From the NCBI GenBank assembly GCA_037189845.1, contig JBBCIS010000007.1:34425-98424 (forward strand): a stretch of 64,000 nt of DNA. Direction: 5' to 3'. Position numbers and translations under genes: made by a program. How positions within the stretch are numbered: position 1 is the first letter of the stretch; every line of letters starts with the position of its first letter. The DNA comes from a bacterium (GTDB taxonomy: Bacteria > Bacteroidota > Bacteroidia > Chitinophagales > JADIYW01). Shown piece by piece: positions 10,407 to 19,943 of the stretch. A model generated the notes under the pieces. The model was not told the origin of the DNA. It ran no database searches and worked only from the letters and a program-made list of their open reading frames with translations.

Positions 10407-11285
10407 TTATTTTCTTTTTGCTCTTTGATGAAAAAATGCCTGCAGCTTTTTGATATAATCATCCTGATCTGACAGCTGTATAGTGGAAGCATTGACCTCA
10501 GAAAATACTTTTTTGAAATATGTATTTCTATAAGACGACTGCTGCTGATACCAGCTTTTGTACTGACCGGAAGAAGTATCCACCCATTCCACTTTTCCTG
10601 ACTCTGCATCCATTACCTGAATCAAACCGACATCCGGCAGCATATCATCCAAAGGATCTTTTACTGTAATGCCGATCAAATCATTTTTTGCAGAAAGGAT
10701 GCTCAATGTATTTTTATAGTTGTCAAACAAAAAATCTGACAGTAAGAAAACAACAGCATTGCGCTTATGAATTTTCTTATAATAATTTACAGCTTCTTCG
10801 AGATTAGTAGTGCTTCCGGGAGTTGATTCTGTAGTCATAATCGCCCGGATCATTTGAAGGATCTGTTGATAGCCTTTTGCCGGAGGTATAAATTTTTCAA
10901 CTGTTGAATCAAACAACAGCAAACCTACACTATCCTGGCTCCTGTTGGCAGAAAATGCTAAAGTTGCAACCAGCTCGGCTATCAATTCTCTGCGATCTAC
11001 ATTTCCGATAGAAGTCAAAACGGATGGGCTGATGTCCACCATAAAAATGACGGTCTGCTCTCTTTCTTCCTGGAAAAGCTTGACATACGGAGACTGCATT
11101 CTGGCGGAAACATTCCAATCAATATGGCGGATATCATCACCGTAGGCGTATTCACGCACTTCGCTGAACTGCATACCACGACCTTTGAAAGCGGTATGAT
11201 ATGCACCTGCAAATTGCTGATTAGAGAGAAGTTTTGACCTTATCTCAATCTTTTTGACTCTCTGGATGATGTGACTGATATCCAT
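10407..11285 (-). CDS. DUF58 protein (MoxR-associated)
   Basis: FKGRGMQFSEVREYAYGDDIRHIDWNVSAR. Confidence 0.92.
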   Translation of the reverse strand: MDISHIIQRVKKIEIRSKLLSNQQFAGAYHTAFKGRGMQFSEVREYAYGDDIRHIDWNVSARMQSPYVKLFQEEREQTVIFMVDISPSVLTSIGNVDRRELIAELVATLAFSANRSQDSVGLLLFDSTVEKFIPPAKGYQQILQMIRAIMTTESTPGSTTNLEEAVNYYKKIHKRNAVVFLLSDFLFDNYKNTLSILSAKNDLIGITVKDPLDDMLPDVGLIQVMDAESGKVEWVDTSSGQYKSWYQQQSSYRNTYFKKVFSEVNASTIQLSDQDDYIKKLQAFFHQRAKRK

Positions 11286-12292
11286 TACGGAACATCTATT
11301 CTTTGAATGATCTTTTCAATAATTTGCTCTGATGTGATTTGCTCTGCCTCTGCTTCGAAAGTCAACCCGATACGATGTCTCAATACATCTGTCACCACTG
11401 CTTTCACATCATCAGGAATCACATAAGCGCGATGCTGCAAAAACGCATAAGCTCTTGCCGCAAGTGCCAGACTGATAGAAGCTCTCGGCGAACCTCCATA
11501 AGCTATATATGAACTGACTTCTGACAATCTGTATCTGTCCGGCTGACGGGTTGCAAATACGATATCCAGAATATACTGCTCAATTTTCTCATCCATGTAA
11601 ATACTTTTGACAGTATTTCTGGCTTTCAGAATATCATCACTGGAAACGCAAGGCTGAATAACCGGCCATTCTCCGGTAGTATTCATGCGCATGATCAACC
11701 GCTCTTCTTCATACTTAGGATAATCTATCACAACTTTGAGCATAAAACGGTCTACCTGAGCTTCCGGCAAAGGATAAGTACCTTCCTGTTCGATAGGATT
11801 CTGGGTTGCCATGACCAAAAACGGTTCAGGAAGCTTGTAAGTATTTTCTCCGATAGTGACAATTCTTTCCTGCATCGCCTGTAACAGTGCCGACTGAACT
11901 TTTGCAGGGGCACGGTTGATCTCATCCGCCAATACGAAATTGGAGAAGACAGGACCTTTTTTCACCTCGAAAGTTCCTTTGTGCTGTTGGAAAATCATAG
12001 TACCTACGATATCTGCAGGCAATAAATCCGGCGTAAACTGTATCCTGCTGAAATCCACTGATACTGCTTCGGACAATGACTTAATGGCTAGTGTTTTTGC
12101 CAACCCCGGAACACCTTCCAAAAGAATATGTCCGTTAGTCAGCAATGCGAGCAGCAATCTGTCCAGCATGTGTTGCTGACCTATGATAGACTTCGCAAGC
12201 TCTTTTCTGAGCACGTCCACAAATTGACTCTGTTCCTGTACTTTTTGCTGCAATTCTGCTAGCTCTGTAGCATTTAATATATTTGAATTCAT
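11285..12292 (-). CDS. moxR: MoxR-family AAA+ ATPase
   Basis: GVPGLAKT Walker A, RIQFTPDLLPAD, LADEINRA, ATQNPIEQEGTYPLPEAQVDRF. Confidence 0.95.
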   Translation of the reverse strand: MNSNILNATELAELQQKVQEQSQFVDVLRKELAKSIIGQQHMLDRLLLALLTNGHILLEGVPGLAKTLAIKSLSEAVSVDFSRIQFTPDLLPADIVGTMIFQQHKGTFEVKKGPVFSNFVLADEINRAPAKVQSALLQAMQERIVTIGENTYKLPEPFLVMATQNPIEQEGTYPLPEAQVDRFMLKVVIDYPKYEEERLIMRMNTTGEWPVIQPCVSSDDILKARNTVKSIYMDEKIEQYILDIVFATRQPDRYRLSEVSSYIAYGGSPRASISLALAARAYAFLQHRAYVIPDDVKAVVTDVLRHRIGLTFEAEAEQITSEQIIEKIIQRIDVP

Positions 12293-12599
12293 GGAATTAT
12301 CTTGTTCTCTGATACTGGATGGCAAATTTAAATAATACATACACAGTTGCCAGTATTCGCGGGTTAAAATATGTTAGTTGTATGTTATAAAGTCATAAAG
12401 GAGGTATCTGGCTGCAGACAAAAGACTACTGCTTTGGACTATGTCAGTTGCTTTATTTGTCCAATCGTACATCATTGCCGTTTAGCTAAACATTTTAGTG
12501 TTTTTATTTTGCTCACCAGACGATATTGATTCATCAATCGCCCATCTTCATAATTATCCATTTTTGATTTTTTGTGTATTTTACGTGAACGAGTTGCAT

Positions 12600-13517
12600 A
12601 TGGAGAACTACCAGGTTATATTTTCAATTTTCAGTGCAATCATACTCTTTTTATACGGATTAAGCTCATTCAGTGCCGAATTAAAAGCTGCTGCCGGAAT
12701 TCAACTGGAAGCTATCATGCAAAAGCTGACGGCAAACAGGTTTGTTGCTTTCTTCGTGGGCCTGATTTTCACCATCGTCATACAATCCTCTACAGCAGTG
12801 TCATCTCTGGCTGTTTCAATGGTAGATAGCGGCATTTTATCTTTTTCCGGTTCGCTGGCAATCATGTTAGGCTCGTATATCGGGACAACAGCAACGGCCT
12901 GGTTAGTTTCTTTCAAGCTGACAGGCATCGGTCCTATCTTTATAGTTTTGGGAACACTGATATCACTTTTGCCATTTAAATTCAATGTCTTCGGAAAAGG
13001 AATTTTCTTCTTTGGATTTATCTTTTTCAGCCTGGATCTGGTCAGCACATCCATCACTCCGCTAAGAGAATCCGAAGTTTTGACTGATTTACTTTTATAT
13101 ACTTCCAACAGATACGTCAGCATCCTTATCGGGGTCATTCTGACGGTAATTTTACAATCCAGCACAGTGGTAACAGGATTAGCCATTATTTTTGTACAGC
13201 AAAATCTCATTCAACCTGCAGATTCTATTCCGATAGTATTGGGGGCAAATGTCGGAACCACATTCACAGCACTTTTTGTCTCCATGAAAATGAGTCATAA
13301 CGCGAAGAAATTTGCGGTATCCAACACGTTGATAAATATCATTGGAGTTTTATTACTTATTCCTTTTTTGAATGTCTTTACCATCTGGGTGCTCAGCGTT
13401 GCTCCTAATGAAACGATGGTAGTAGCAATAGCGCATCTTAGCTTCAATGTCGTGTTGGTTACTATTTTTCTGGTTTTTCTGACTCCTTTTATAAAATTAG
13501 TCAACAAGATGTTTTAG
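12600..13517 (+). CDS. Na/Pi cotransporter family protein (membrane domain only)
   Basis: Two QSS repeats (IQSSTAV, LQSSTVV) with G(S/A)xxGTT motifs. Confidence 0.85.
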   Translation: MENYQVIFSIFSAIILFLYGLSSFSAELKAAAGIQLEAIMQKLTANRFVAFFVGLIFTIVIQSSTAVSSLAVSMVDSGILSFSGSLAIMLGSYIGTTATAWLVSFKLTGIGPIFIVLGTLISLLPFKFNVFGKGIFFFGFIFFSLDLVSTSITPLRESEVLTDLLLYTSNRYVSILIGVILTVILQSSTVVTGLAIIFVQQNLIQPADSIPIVLGANVGTTFTALFVSMKMSHNAKKFAVSNTLINIIGVLLLIPFLNVFTIWVLSVAPNETMVVAIAHLSFNVVLVTIFLVFLTPFIKLVNKMF

Positions 13518-13556
13518 CTCATTTTTGTAGCAAACCATTCTGGCGTTAACATTTTA

Positions 13557-13720
13557 TTGCCACTAATACACGAATTGGAATTTCCCAATGGTATTATTAT
13601 TTACAATCATGCAATCTGCCTGTTAAAGACACGGAATAGTTTATCCATTTATTAGTGAATTCATGGCTATCTCTTTAGATAATCACCTGTCGGACCTCGC
13701 TAAAAAGTTAAATGCAAATG
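13557..13720 (+). repeat. Dispersed ~165-bp repeat, copy 1
   Basis: 13557-13577 is identical to the reverse complement of 33107-33127. 13640-13676 matches the reverse complement of 32993-33029 with 1 mismatch. 13688-13720 is similar to the reverse complement of 32958-32992. Confidence 0.85.
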
Positions 13721-13939
13721 CCCTAAAACCATATTATTTCAGTCATATTGGATTTGCATCCATATTTCGGGCAAATTCACCCATTGAGGTATTTAACCAG
13801 CATTCTCCATTCAATAGATTTATCACAGAATAATTTCATGAAGATTTACATACATGAATTTCTGTGGAGTCCAGCAACCACTATGAAAACGGGGCAAATC
13901 CGAAAAGCCTGATGAGTAGGAAAACCTAAATACACAAAA

Positions 13940-14581
13940 ATGAATGCACGTCTAAAACACCTCATCCTCTTAATGGCAGTAGTTACTGTTATTTCCTGTA
14001 AAAAAGACCAGGAGCCGGAAAGCAAAGTAGATGAAAATGGTCTTACAAAAGAAATTGTAAACTTTGTTCCCGATAGTATTATCCAGCTGATGAAAGGTAT
14101 GGGTATGCCGCTGTACACAGGAGATAATCCTCCGATTATTGCTCCCAATTCTTTAGAAAGAAAATTCAGAATCAATAATTTCACACTTTTGACAAGCAAT
14201 ATTAAAAGTGAATCTCCCGGAAAAATATTCTCTAACTTGATTATAACAGTTAAAAATCAGGACAATCAAAATCTGACGATTGAATATTATGATGAAGTAG
14301 AGAATACGACATCCACCTCAAAGGGAAGCGCCAGCTATATTGTTGGTCAGGACAATATGTTTTCAATATTTGTAAAAAGTCACAACACCCAACCTTCTAC
14401 TAATTCCAAGGCTGATCTTGTCATAGTGATTTCAGGGAAAATAACGGATTCCGGTATCCAGGGTTTGCATTATGCCAACTTTATGCTCAATGATTACGGA
14501 GATCCGGCGGGTGTTTACATGGAAATCGGGAATGGCAGAGTTATTTACGATGCAGATGGTATGTCAGAGTTTATCGAATAA
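13940..14581 (+). CDS. Hypothetical lipoprotein
   Basis: Lipobox VISC followed by KKD, resembling a surface-export signal. Confidence 0.75.
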   Translation: MNARLKHLILLMAVVTVISCKKDQEPESKVDENGLTKEIVNFVPDSIIQLMKGMGMPLYTGDNPPIIAPNSLERKFRINNFTLLTSNIKSESPGKIFSNLIITVKNQDNQNLTIEYYDEVENTTSTSKGSASYIVGQDNMFSIFVKSHNTQPSTNSKADLVIVISGKITDSGIQGLHYANFMLNDYGDPAGVYMEIGNGRVIYDADGMSEFIE

Positions 14582-14637
14582 ACTATATTTCTATACGAGT
14601 TGTAAAATGACATCGATTTCCCAGTACCATTTTTATT

Positions 14638-15630
14638 TTAATCCAATACATCCTTGCCTAAATCAGGAAAAACTTTACCGATTTTACTTAAAAGATAATC
14701 ACCGTAAGTACCTGAGAAATCATGCACACTGGCTCTATCCCATCTTTCATCACGGTCATCTTCTGAAGGAGAATCTATACCTTCAATCCGGCGAACCTGC
14801 GCAGTAAATCCGGGATCAAAGAATAACGGGAAAGAATATCTGCTGACTCCGGATTGATTTAAAACCCTATGTGGTGTAGAACGATACAATCCGCCTGTCA
14901 TGCGATCCAGCATATCACCGATATTGCAGATAAATGTATTAGGTATCGGAGGAGCTTCTATCCACTCACCACGACTTTTGACCTGTAGTCCACCGACAGC
15001 ATCTTGTTTCAGAATAGTGAGCAAACCATAATCTGTATGCTCGCCTACGCCCCATTGTGATACATGGCTGTCCTGTGCAGGATAATGAAAGATTCTGAAC
15101 AAAATCAAAGGGTCTTTTGTACAGGTATCATAAAAATAATCTGCATCCAGACCCAGACTCAAAGCTACCGCCCGGAGAATTTTGTGCCCCAAAGCAGTTA
15201 CTTCGTCCATATATTCTAATACTACGTCTTTGAAACCTTTCGGTTTTTCTGTAAAAAGATTTTGCCCGTGGAGAGGATAACCAGCCTGTACAAAAGGGTG
15301 AGAGGCATCCAATTCCGTCCCGAAATAAATCCCTTCCTTCAAATCCGGCTTACCAGAGGTAAGCTCTCCGTTGACAGGGAAAAATCCTCTCCATGCTTTT
15401 CCTCCTTTGGACATCTCTATTTTGAGCTTTTCTTCTTCAGACTGATCAAAGAATTCCCTGCTCAGACGCATCAGCTCACTCTGTAAAAATTCGCTGATAT
15501 CATGTCCTGAAATATAAAAGAAGCCGTGCTGTCTGCATGCCTGCGCAATATTCTGAGCGATCTCTTTCTGACCTTCTATCGTATCCAGGCCACTGATATC
15601 TATAACAGGTATAGAAGCTACATTTGTCAT
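14638..15630 (-). CDS. Isopenicillin N synthase-family 2OG-Fe(II) dioxygenase
   Basis: IPVIDIS, HTDYG, STPHRV, RYSFP. Confidence 0.9.
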   Translation of the reverse strand: MTNVASIPVIDISGLDTIEGQKEIAQNIAQACRQHGFFYISGHDISEFLQSELMRLSREFFDQSEEEKLKIEMSKGGKAWRGFFPVNGELTSGKPDLKEGIYFGTELDASHPFVQAGYPLHGQNLFTEKPKGFKDVVLEYMDEVTALGHKILRAVALSLGLDADYFYDTCTKDPLILFRIFHYPAQDSHVSQWGVGEHTDYGLLTILKQDAVGGLQVKSRGEWIEAPPIPNTFICNIGDMLDRMTGGLYRSTPHRVLNQSGVSRYSFPLFFDPGFTAQVRRIEGIDSPSEDDRDERWDRASVHDFSGTYGDYLLSKIGKVFPDLGKDVLD

Positions 15631-17066
15631 TGTTCTTCTTGAATTTGAGTGTTATCAGACTTATTCCAAAAGAGATAAACAGGTATTCCCAGTAAGATGA
15701 TGATGAACCCCGGCCAAGTATAAGTAGGCTGATAAATCAACAATCCCACTCCTATCGACAATGCCGCCACTATGTACAAAAACGGTAAAACAGGATAACC
15801 GATAGCTTTGTATGGTCTTTCCATATCCGGGTATTTTCGTCTGAGTACAAATACCGCCCCAATCGTCAGCGAGTAAAAAATCAATACTACAAAGATGATG
15901 TAATTCAACAGGTCGCCATATCTGCCTGTAAGGCACAGGATACAAGCCCAAATGCATTGTACCCAAAGTCCCCATTGCGGTACACCATTTTGATTCAAAT
16001 TTCCTGCTTTGGAGAAAAATAAACCATCTTTTGCCATCGTATAATACACCCTCGAACCTGCCAGGATCAATCCGTTATTACATCCGAAAGTAGAAATCAT
16101 CACCATGACAGCAATGATCATTGTACCCACTCCTCCGAATATCTTTTGCGAGGCTGCAATAGCGACTCTGTCATGCTCAGCAAAAGCAATTTCCTGCATG
16201 CTCAATGTTGCCAGAAACATGAGATTGGCAGCAATATAAATCACTGTAACAATCAAAACGCCCAGAAAAAGGCTCAGACCTACATTACGCTGAGGATTTT
16301 TTATCTCTCCGGCAATAAAAGTAACATTGTTCCATGCATCACTGGAAAAAATAGAACCTACCATGGAAGAAGCAAATCCCGCAAAAATAGCAGCTCCTGC
16401 AATCGGCACCAATGATTGTGTATTTACGTCCCATCGGGCATTTTGCCAGGCATCAGTCCAGTTAGCACTCCAGATTTCTGCATTGAATCCGGCAGTCAAT
16501 CCTAAAACCACCAATCCAGACAGCGAAAGAATTTTAATCATTGTCAGCGTAGTCTGTACTATTTTTCCTTCTTTCACTCCCCGGGAATTAAACCAGGTCA
16601 AAAGAACAATTGTACCAATAGCAAGCGTCTGGGCTCCACTGATTTTAAAGAAACCCAAATCAAGGAAAACAGAAGTTTCGCCTACTACGGGAAAAATATA
16701 TGCAGTAAACTTAGCAAATGCTACTCCTACTGCTGCAATTGTTCCGGTCTGTATCACCATGAAGAAAGACCAGCCGTAAAGAAATGCTATTAACCTCCCG
16801 TAAGCAGCTCTGAGGTAAACATATTGTCCACCTGCTTTGGGAAACATAGAAGACAATTCTCCGAAGCTCAATGCTGCAGTGATGGTAATCACTCCGGTGA
16901 TTGCCCAGATAAAAATCAGCCATCCGGCACTTCCTACATTTCTGACGATATCAGAGCTGACGATAAATATTCCAGAACCTATCATAGAGCCTGCTACCAA
17001 CATAGTAGCGTCTAATAATCCGAGTTCCCTTCTCATCTCACTTTCGTGCGTTGATAGTTCTGTCAT
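15627..17066 (-). CDS. APC-family amino acid permease
   Basis: GSMIGSGIF, GEIKNPQRN, RPYKA, about 12 TM. Confidence 0.9.
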   Translation of the reverse strand: MTELSTHESEMRRELGLLDATMLVAGSMIGSGIFIVSSDIVRNVGSAGWLIFIWAITGVITITAALSFGELSSMFPKAGGQYVYLRAAYGRLIAFLYGWSFFMVIQTGTIAAVGVAFAKFTAYIFPVVGETSVFLDLGFFKISGAQTLAIGTIVLLTWFNSRGVKEGKIVQTTLTMIKILSLSGLVVLGLTAGFNAEIWSANWTDAWQNARWDVNTQSLVPIAGAAIFAGFASSMVGSIFSSDAWNNVTFIAGEIKNPQRNVGLSLFLGVLIVTVIYIAANLMFLATLSMQEIAFAEHDRVAIAASQKIFGGVGTMIIAVMVMISTFGCNNGLILAGSRVYYTMAKDGLFFSKAGNLNQNGVPQWGLWVQCIWACILCLTGRYGDLLNYIIFVVLIFYSLTIGAVFVLRRKYPDMERPYKAIGYPVLPFLYIVAALSIGVGLLIYQPTYTWPGFIIILLGIPVYLFWNKSDNTQIQEEQ

Positions 17067-17231
17067 ATATATTATTTGTATTTCCTAAGGTATGGAAAAA
17101 CACAAATAATTCATATTTTCTTTTTTAATCTGAAAGTGTCAGAAATCAGACATTAACTGTTTTATGCCAGCTAATACATCTGTGTATGATCAGATGCTCT
17201 TTGGATTAGTACCATTTTTATATTGCTCGTT

Positions 17232-18155
17232 CTATTTGTTACCCATCAATACCATTTCTTCATAAGGTATCAATGTATCGTAACCGAGCTCAGAGAAATA
17301 ACTTTTTGCTTCTTCAAAATCTCCGTGATGAGTAATGAGAACAAAATCCCCGCCCCATGCACCCAAAGATTTTACTGTTCCCCAGTAATCCGGAAATAAG
17401 CGATCTTTTACTTTTTCTATCTGCAACATCCGGGAAATGATTACTTCGTGAACGGATAAAAGATATTCAAACTCATCAAAGTCCTCACACTTCAGTATTT
17501 TGCGGGAAATGTCGTTGATTTCATCGATCCATTCGGATTTATCGTCCTGTAATGATTTGTAATAACGGATACCTTCCCTGCTATCCTGCTTTTGTCCGAG
17601 ATATAAAAATGCTATCCATTCTTTAAATACCGGATCAAATTGTACGAGTTCAGATTTAGGCTGCGGGAATGCTCTTTGGTATAAAACAGGTGTGTCTGAA
17701 GTAGCGCAGGCAATATCATATCCTGATCCTCCGAAGGACTTCTGTAAAAGATAATAGGGATCTGTTCTCCACCATTGCGCTAAAAGTGAAATCAGCGTGG
17801 AACTACTGCCTAAGCCCCATTCATTGGGAAATTCCAGATGTGTGCTGACTGCATAACCGGATAAATCAATGCCCAGCTCTGCATCCGCATATTGAAATAA
17901 GGATTGTATATATTGAGCTTTAGTACTGTCGCTGATGCTTTGCCATTGTTGCTGATGAACATCCCAGATACCTTCCAGCCATATTTCTCCCAGATAATTA
18001 TAGCTTTCCCAATGTAGAAAATTCCCTTTCACATCTTCGGAAATCTCCATTTTCTGACCTTTTGCAGTGGGTAAGGCAATTGCCAGTGCTCCATCCAGTA
18101 CTACGTACTCTCCGGTCAGTAATAATTTTCCGTGTGCGTAGTAGCTTTGTTTCAC
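17232..18155 (-). CDS. GHMP kinase, GYDIA family (putative mevalonate-pathway kinase)
   Basis: GKLLLTGEY, WGLGSSS, GGSGYDIAC, KSLGAWGGDF. Confidence 0.85.
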   Translation of the reverse strand: MKQSYYAHGKLLLTGEYVVLDGALAIALPTAKGQKMEISEDVKGNFLHWESYNYLGEIWLEGIWDVHQQQWQSISDSTKAQYIQSLFQYADAELGIDLSGYAVSTHLEFPNEWGLGSSSTLISLLAQWWRTDPYYLLQKSFGGSGYDIACATSDTPVLYQRAFPQPKSELVQFDPVFKEWIAFLYLGQKQDSREGIRYYKSLQDDKSEWIDEINDISRKILKCEDFDEFEYLLSVHEVIISRMLQIEKVKDRLFPDYWGTVKSLGAWGGDFVLITHHGDFEEAKSYFSELGYDTLIPYEEMVLMGNK

Positions 18156-18165
18156 TCAGAATAAT

Positions 18166-19479
18166 TTATGCAGTCTGATTGGAACGGATCTGATCCAGCA
18201 TCACTCTCACATTGGTGAAAGAAACAATTTTATCTTTGAAATATTCTAAAGCGTAAGTTTTTTCGGTATCGGTAGCTTCCAGATGGTTCATGATATTCAA
18301 AAGATGCATTTTCATGTGTCCTTTCTGAATACCAACCGTCGTCAAAGCTTTGATAGCCGCGAAGTTTTGTGCCAGACCTGATACGGCAACGATTTTCATC
18401 AGCTCTTTTGCATCAGGATTGCCTAAAAGTTGCAGACATCGTTTGACCAGTGGATGGAGCTGTGTCAGACCTCCTACTGTACCTACTGCCAGTGGTAGAT
18501 CTATCCAGAATTTAAAAATGCCGTTTTCTACGCTGCAATGTGTCAGGCTGCCATAGCTACCGTCTTTTGAAGCATAAGTATGACCGCAGGCTTCTACTGC
18601 GCGGAAGTCATTACCGGTAGCAATGATAATAGCATCAATGCCGTTATAGATACCTTTATTGTGTGTAGTGGCTCTGTGCGGATCAATTTCAGCAATGCGC
18701 ACAGCTCTTTTAAATTTCTCAACGAACTCCTGAGCTGGAACTCCGTTTTGTACGCCCAACTCTTCTACAGGACACTCCACCCATGCTCTGGCGATGCAAT
18801 CCGGCGTATAATTGGAGACAATAGACATGATGATATAAGGTTTGTCCCCGTATTTATCTGAAGTGATTGCCTGTTGAATTAACTGAGCCAGCTCTTCGAG
18901 TACTGTATTGATGTAGTTAGCTCCCATCGAATCACAGGTTTCAAAACTGACTTTCAGCTGGAAAAAATCCGGTTCTTTATCTGTCAGATCCACCAGCTCA
19001 ATATCTAAAACACCTCCTCCTCTTGCCTGCATATTGACGCTGAGGTATGCGCTGTTTTCTAATAAGAAATTTTTTATCTGTGGAAAATCAGCTTTCAGTT
19101 TCGCTACATCTCCTTTGAATAGAAAATGTACCTGACCAATCTTAACCGTATTGATAATTTCCGCTTTGAAACCACCTTTGTCCATCCAGAATTTTCCGGT
19201 TTTGGACATAGCTGCTACCACTGAGCTTTCTTCTATCGCCATCGGCAAAGCATACACTTCACCATTGATCATGAAATTCGGAGCGATACCTAAAGGGAGA
19301 TAAAGATTGGTAATAGTGTTTTCAGTGAACTCGTCAAATGATTTCTGAACCTGCTCATCTCTGTGCCAGAAACCTTTCAGCTCATCTTTTACTGCTGTTT
19401 CCCCGTCAAAAAAATTCTCTACTAACCAGTCTATTTTTTGTTCTTTGGTCAATTTCGAATATCCTTCAATCTTTTTCAT
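18166..19479 (-). CDS. mvaA: Class II HMG-CoA reductase
   Basis: EESSVVAA, DSMGAN, THNKG, GNDFRAVEA, GIQKGHMKMH. Confidence 0.92.
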   Translation of the reverse strand: MKKIEGYSKLTKEQKIDWLVENFFDGETAVKDELKGFWHRDEQVQKSFDEFTENTITNLYLPLGIAPNFMINGEVYALPMAIEESSVVAAMSKTGKFWMDKGGFKAEIINTVKIGQVHFLFKGDVAKLKADFPQIKNFLLENSAYLSVNMQARGGGVLDIELVDLTDKEPDFFQLKVSFETCDSMGANYINTVLEELAQLIQQAITSDKYGDKPYIIMSIVSNYTPDCIARAWVECPVEELGVQNGVPAQEFVEKFKRAVRIAEIDPHRATTHNKGIYNGIDAIIIATGNDFRAVEACGHTYASKDGSYGSLTHCSVENGIFKFWIDLPLAVGTVGGLTQLHPLVKRCLQLLGNPDAKELMKIVAVSGLAQNFAAIKALTTVGIQKGHMKMHLLNIMNHLEATDTEKTYALEYFKDKIVSFTNVRVMLDQIRSNQTA

Positions 19480-19481
19480 CT

Positions 19482-19937
19482 TTAGTTTTTTATTTTTATC
19501 AAATGCTTCAACTCATCAGTTCCATATTTTTCAATAATTTCTTTTGAGCTGCTTGTAAGCAATTCTAATTTCGCTCCATTATCCAAAAGCCAGTTGAACA
19601 TTATTGTACTATTAGAGTTTGTAGCAGTAAAAACGCAGCAATTTAATAGCATACCATTATTTATATTGATATCTATACCTTTTGAAATTGCAAATTTTAG
19701 GCCTTCCAACTCATTGTTCTGCACAGCGTAATATACACCTTGATAATTGTAATTAGAAAAATCCGCACCAATAGAAAACAGATATTCTGCAACGTCAATA
19801 TGAGAATATGCTACTGCTGCTTCAAGAGCAAGATCTATTTCAAGCTGGGTAAAACAGTCTGAAAGTATTTCTTGCAGGCTGGGTAAATCTCCTTTTCTTG
19901 CAAAATTTTCTATATTATGCTGGCGCAATTCGCTCAT
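19482..19937 (-). CDS. Ankyrin-repeat-like protein
   Basis: Repeated helix-loop units ending EYLFSIGAD, AISKGIDIN, WLLDNGAK. Confidence 0.7.
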   Translation of the reverse strand: MSELRQHNIENFARKGDLPSLQEILSDCFTQLEIDLALEAAVAYSHIDVAEYLFSIGADFSNYNYQGVYYAVQNNELEGLKFAISKGIDININNGMLLNCCVFTATNSNSTIMFNWLLDNGAKLELLTSSSKEIIEKYGTDELKHLIKIKN

Positions 19938-19943
19938 AAAACC

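Noticed and set aside
13890-13935. CTGATGAG followed by a TAGG-AAAA-CCTA stem, resembling a hammerhead ribozyme or riboswitch core
   Set aside because: No GAAA follows the stem and stems I/III cannot be formed. It does not fit c-di-GMP or fluoride riboswitch consensus either.
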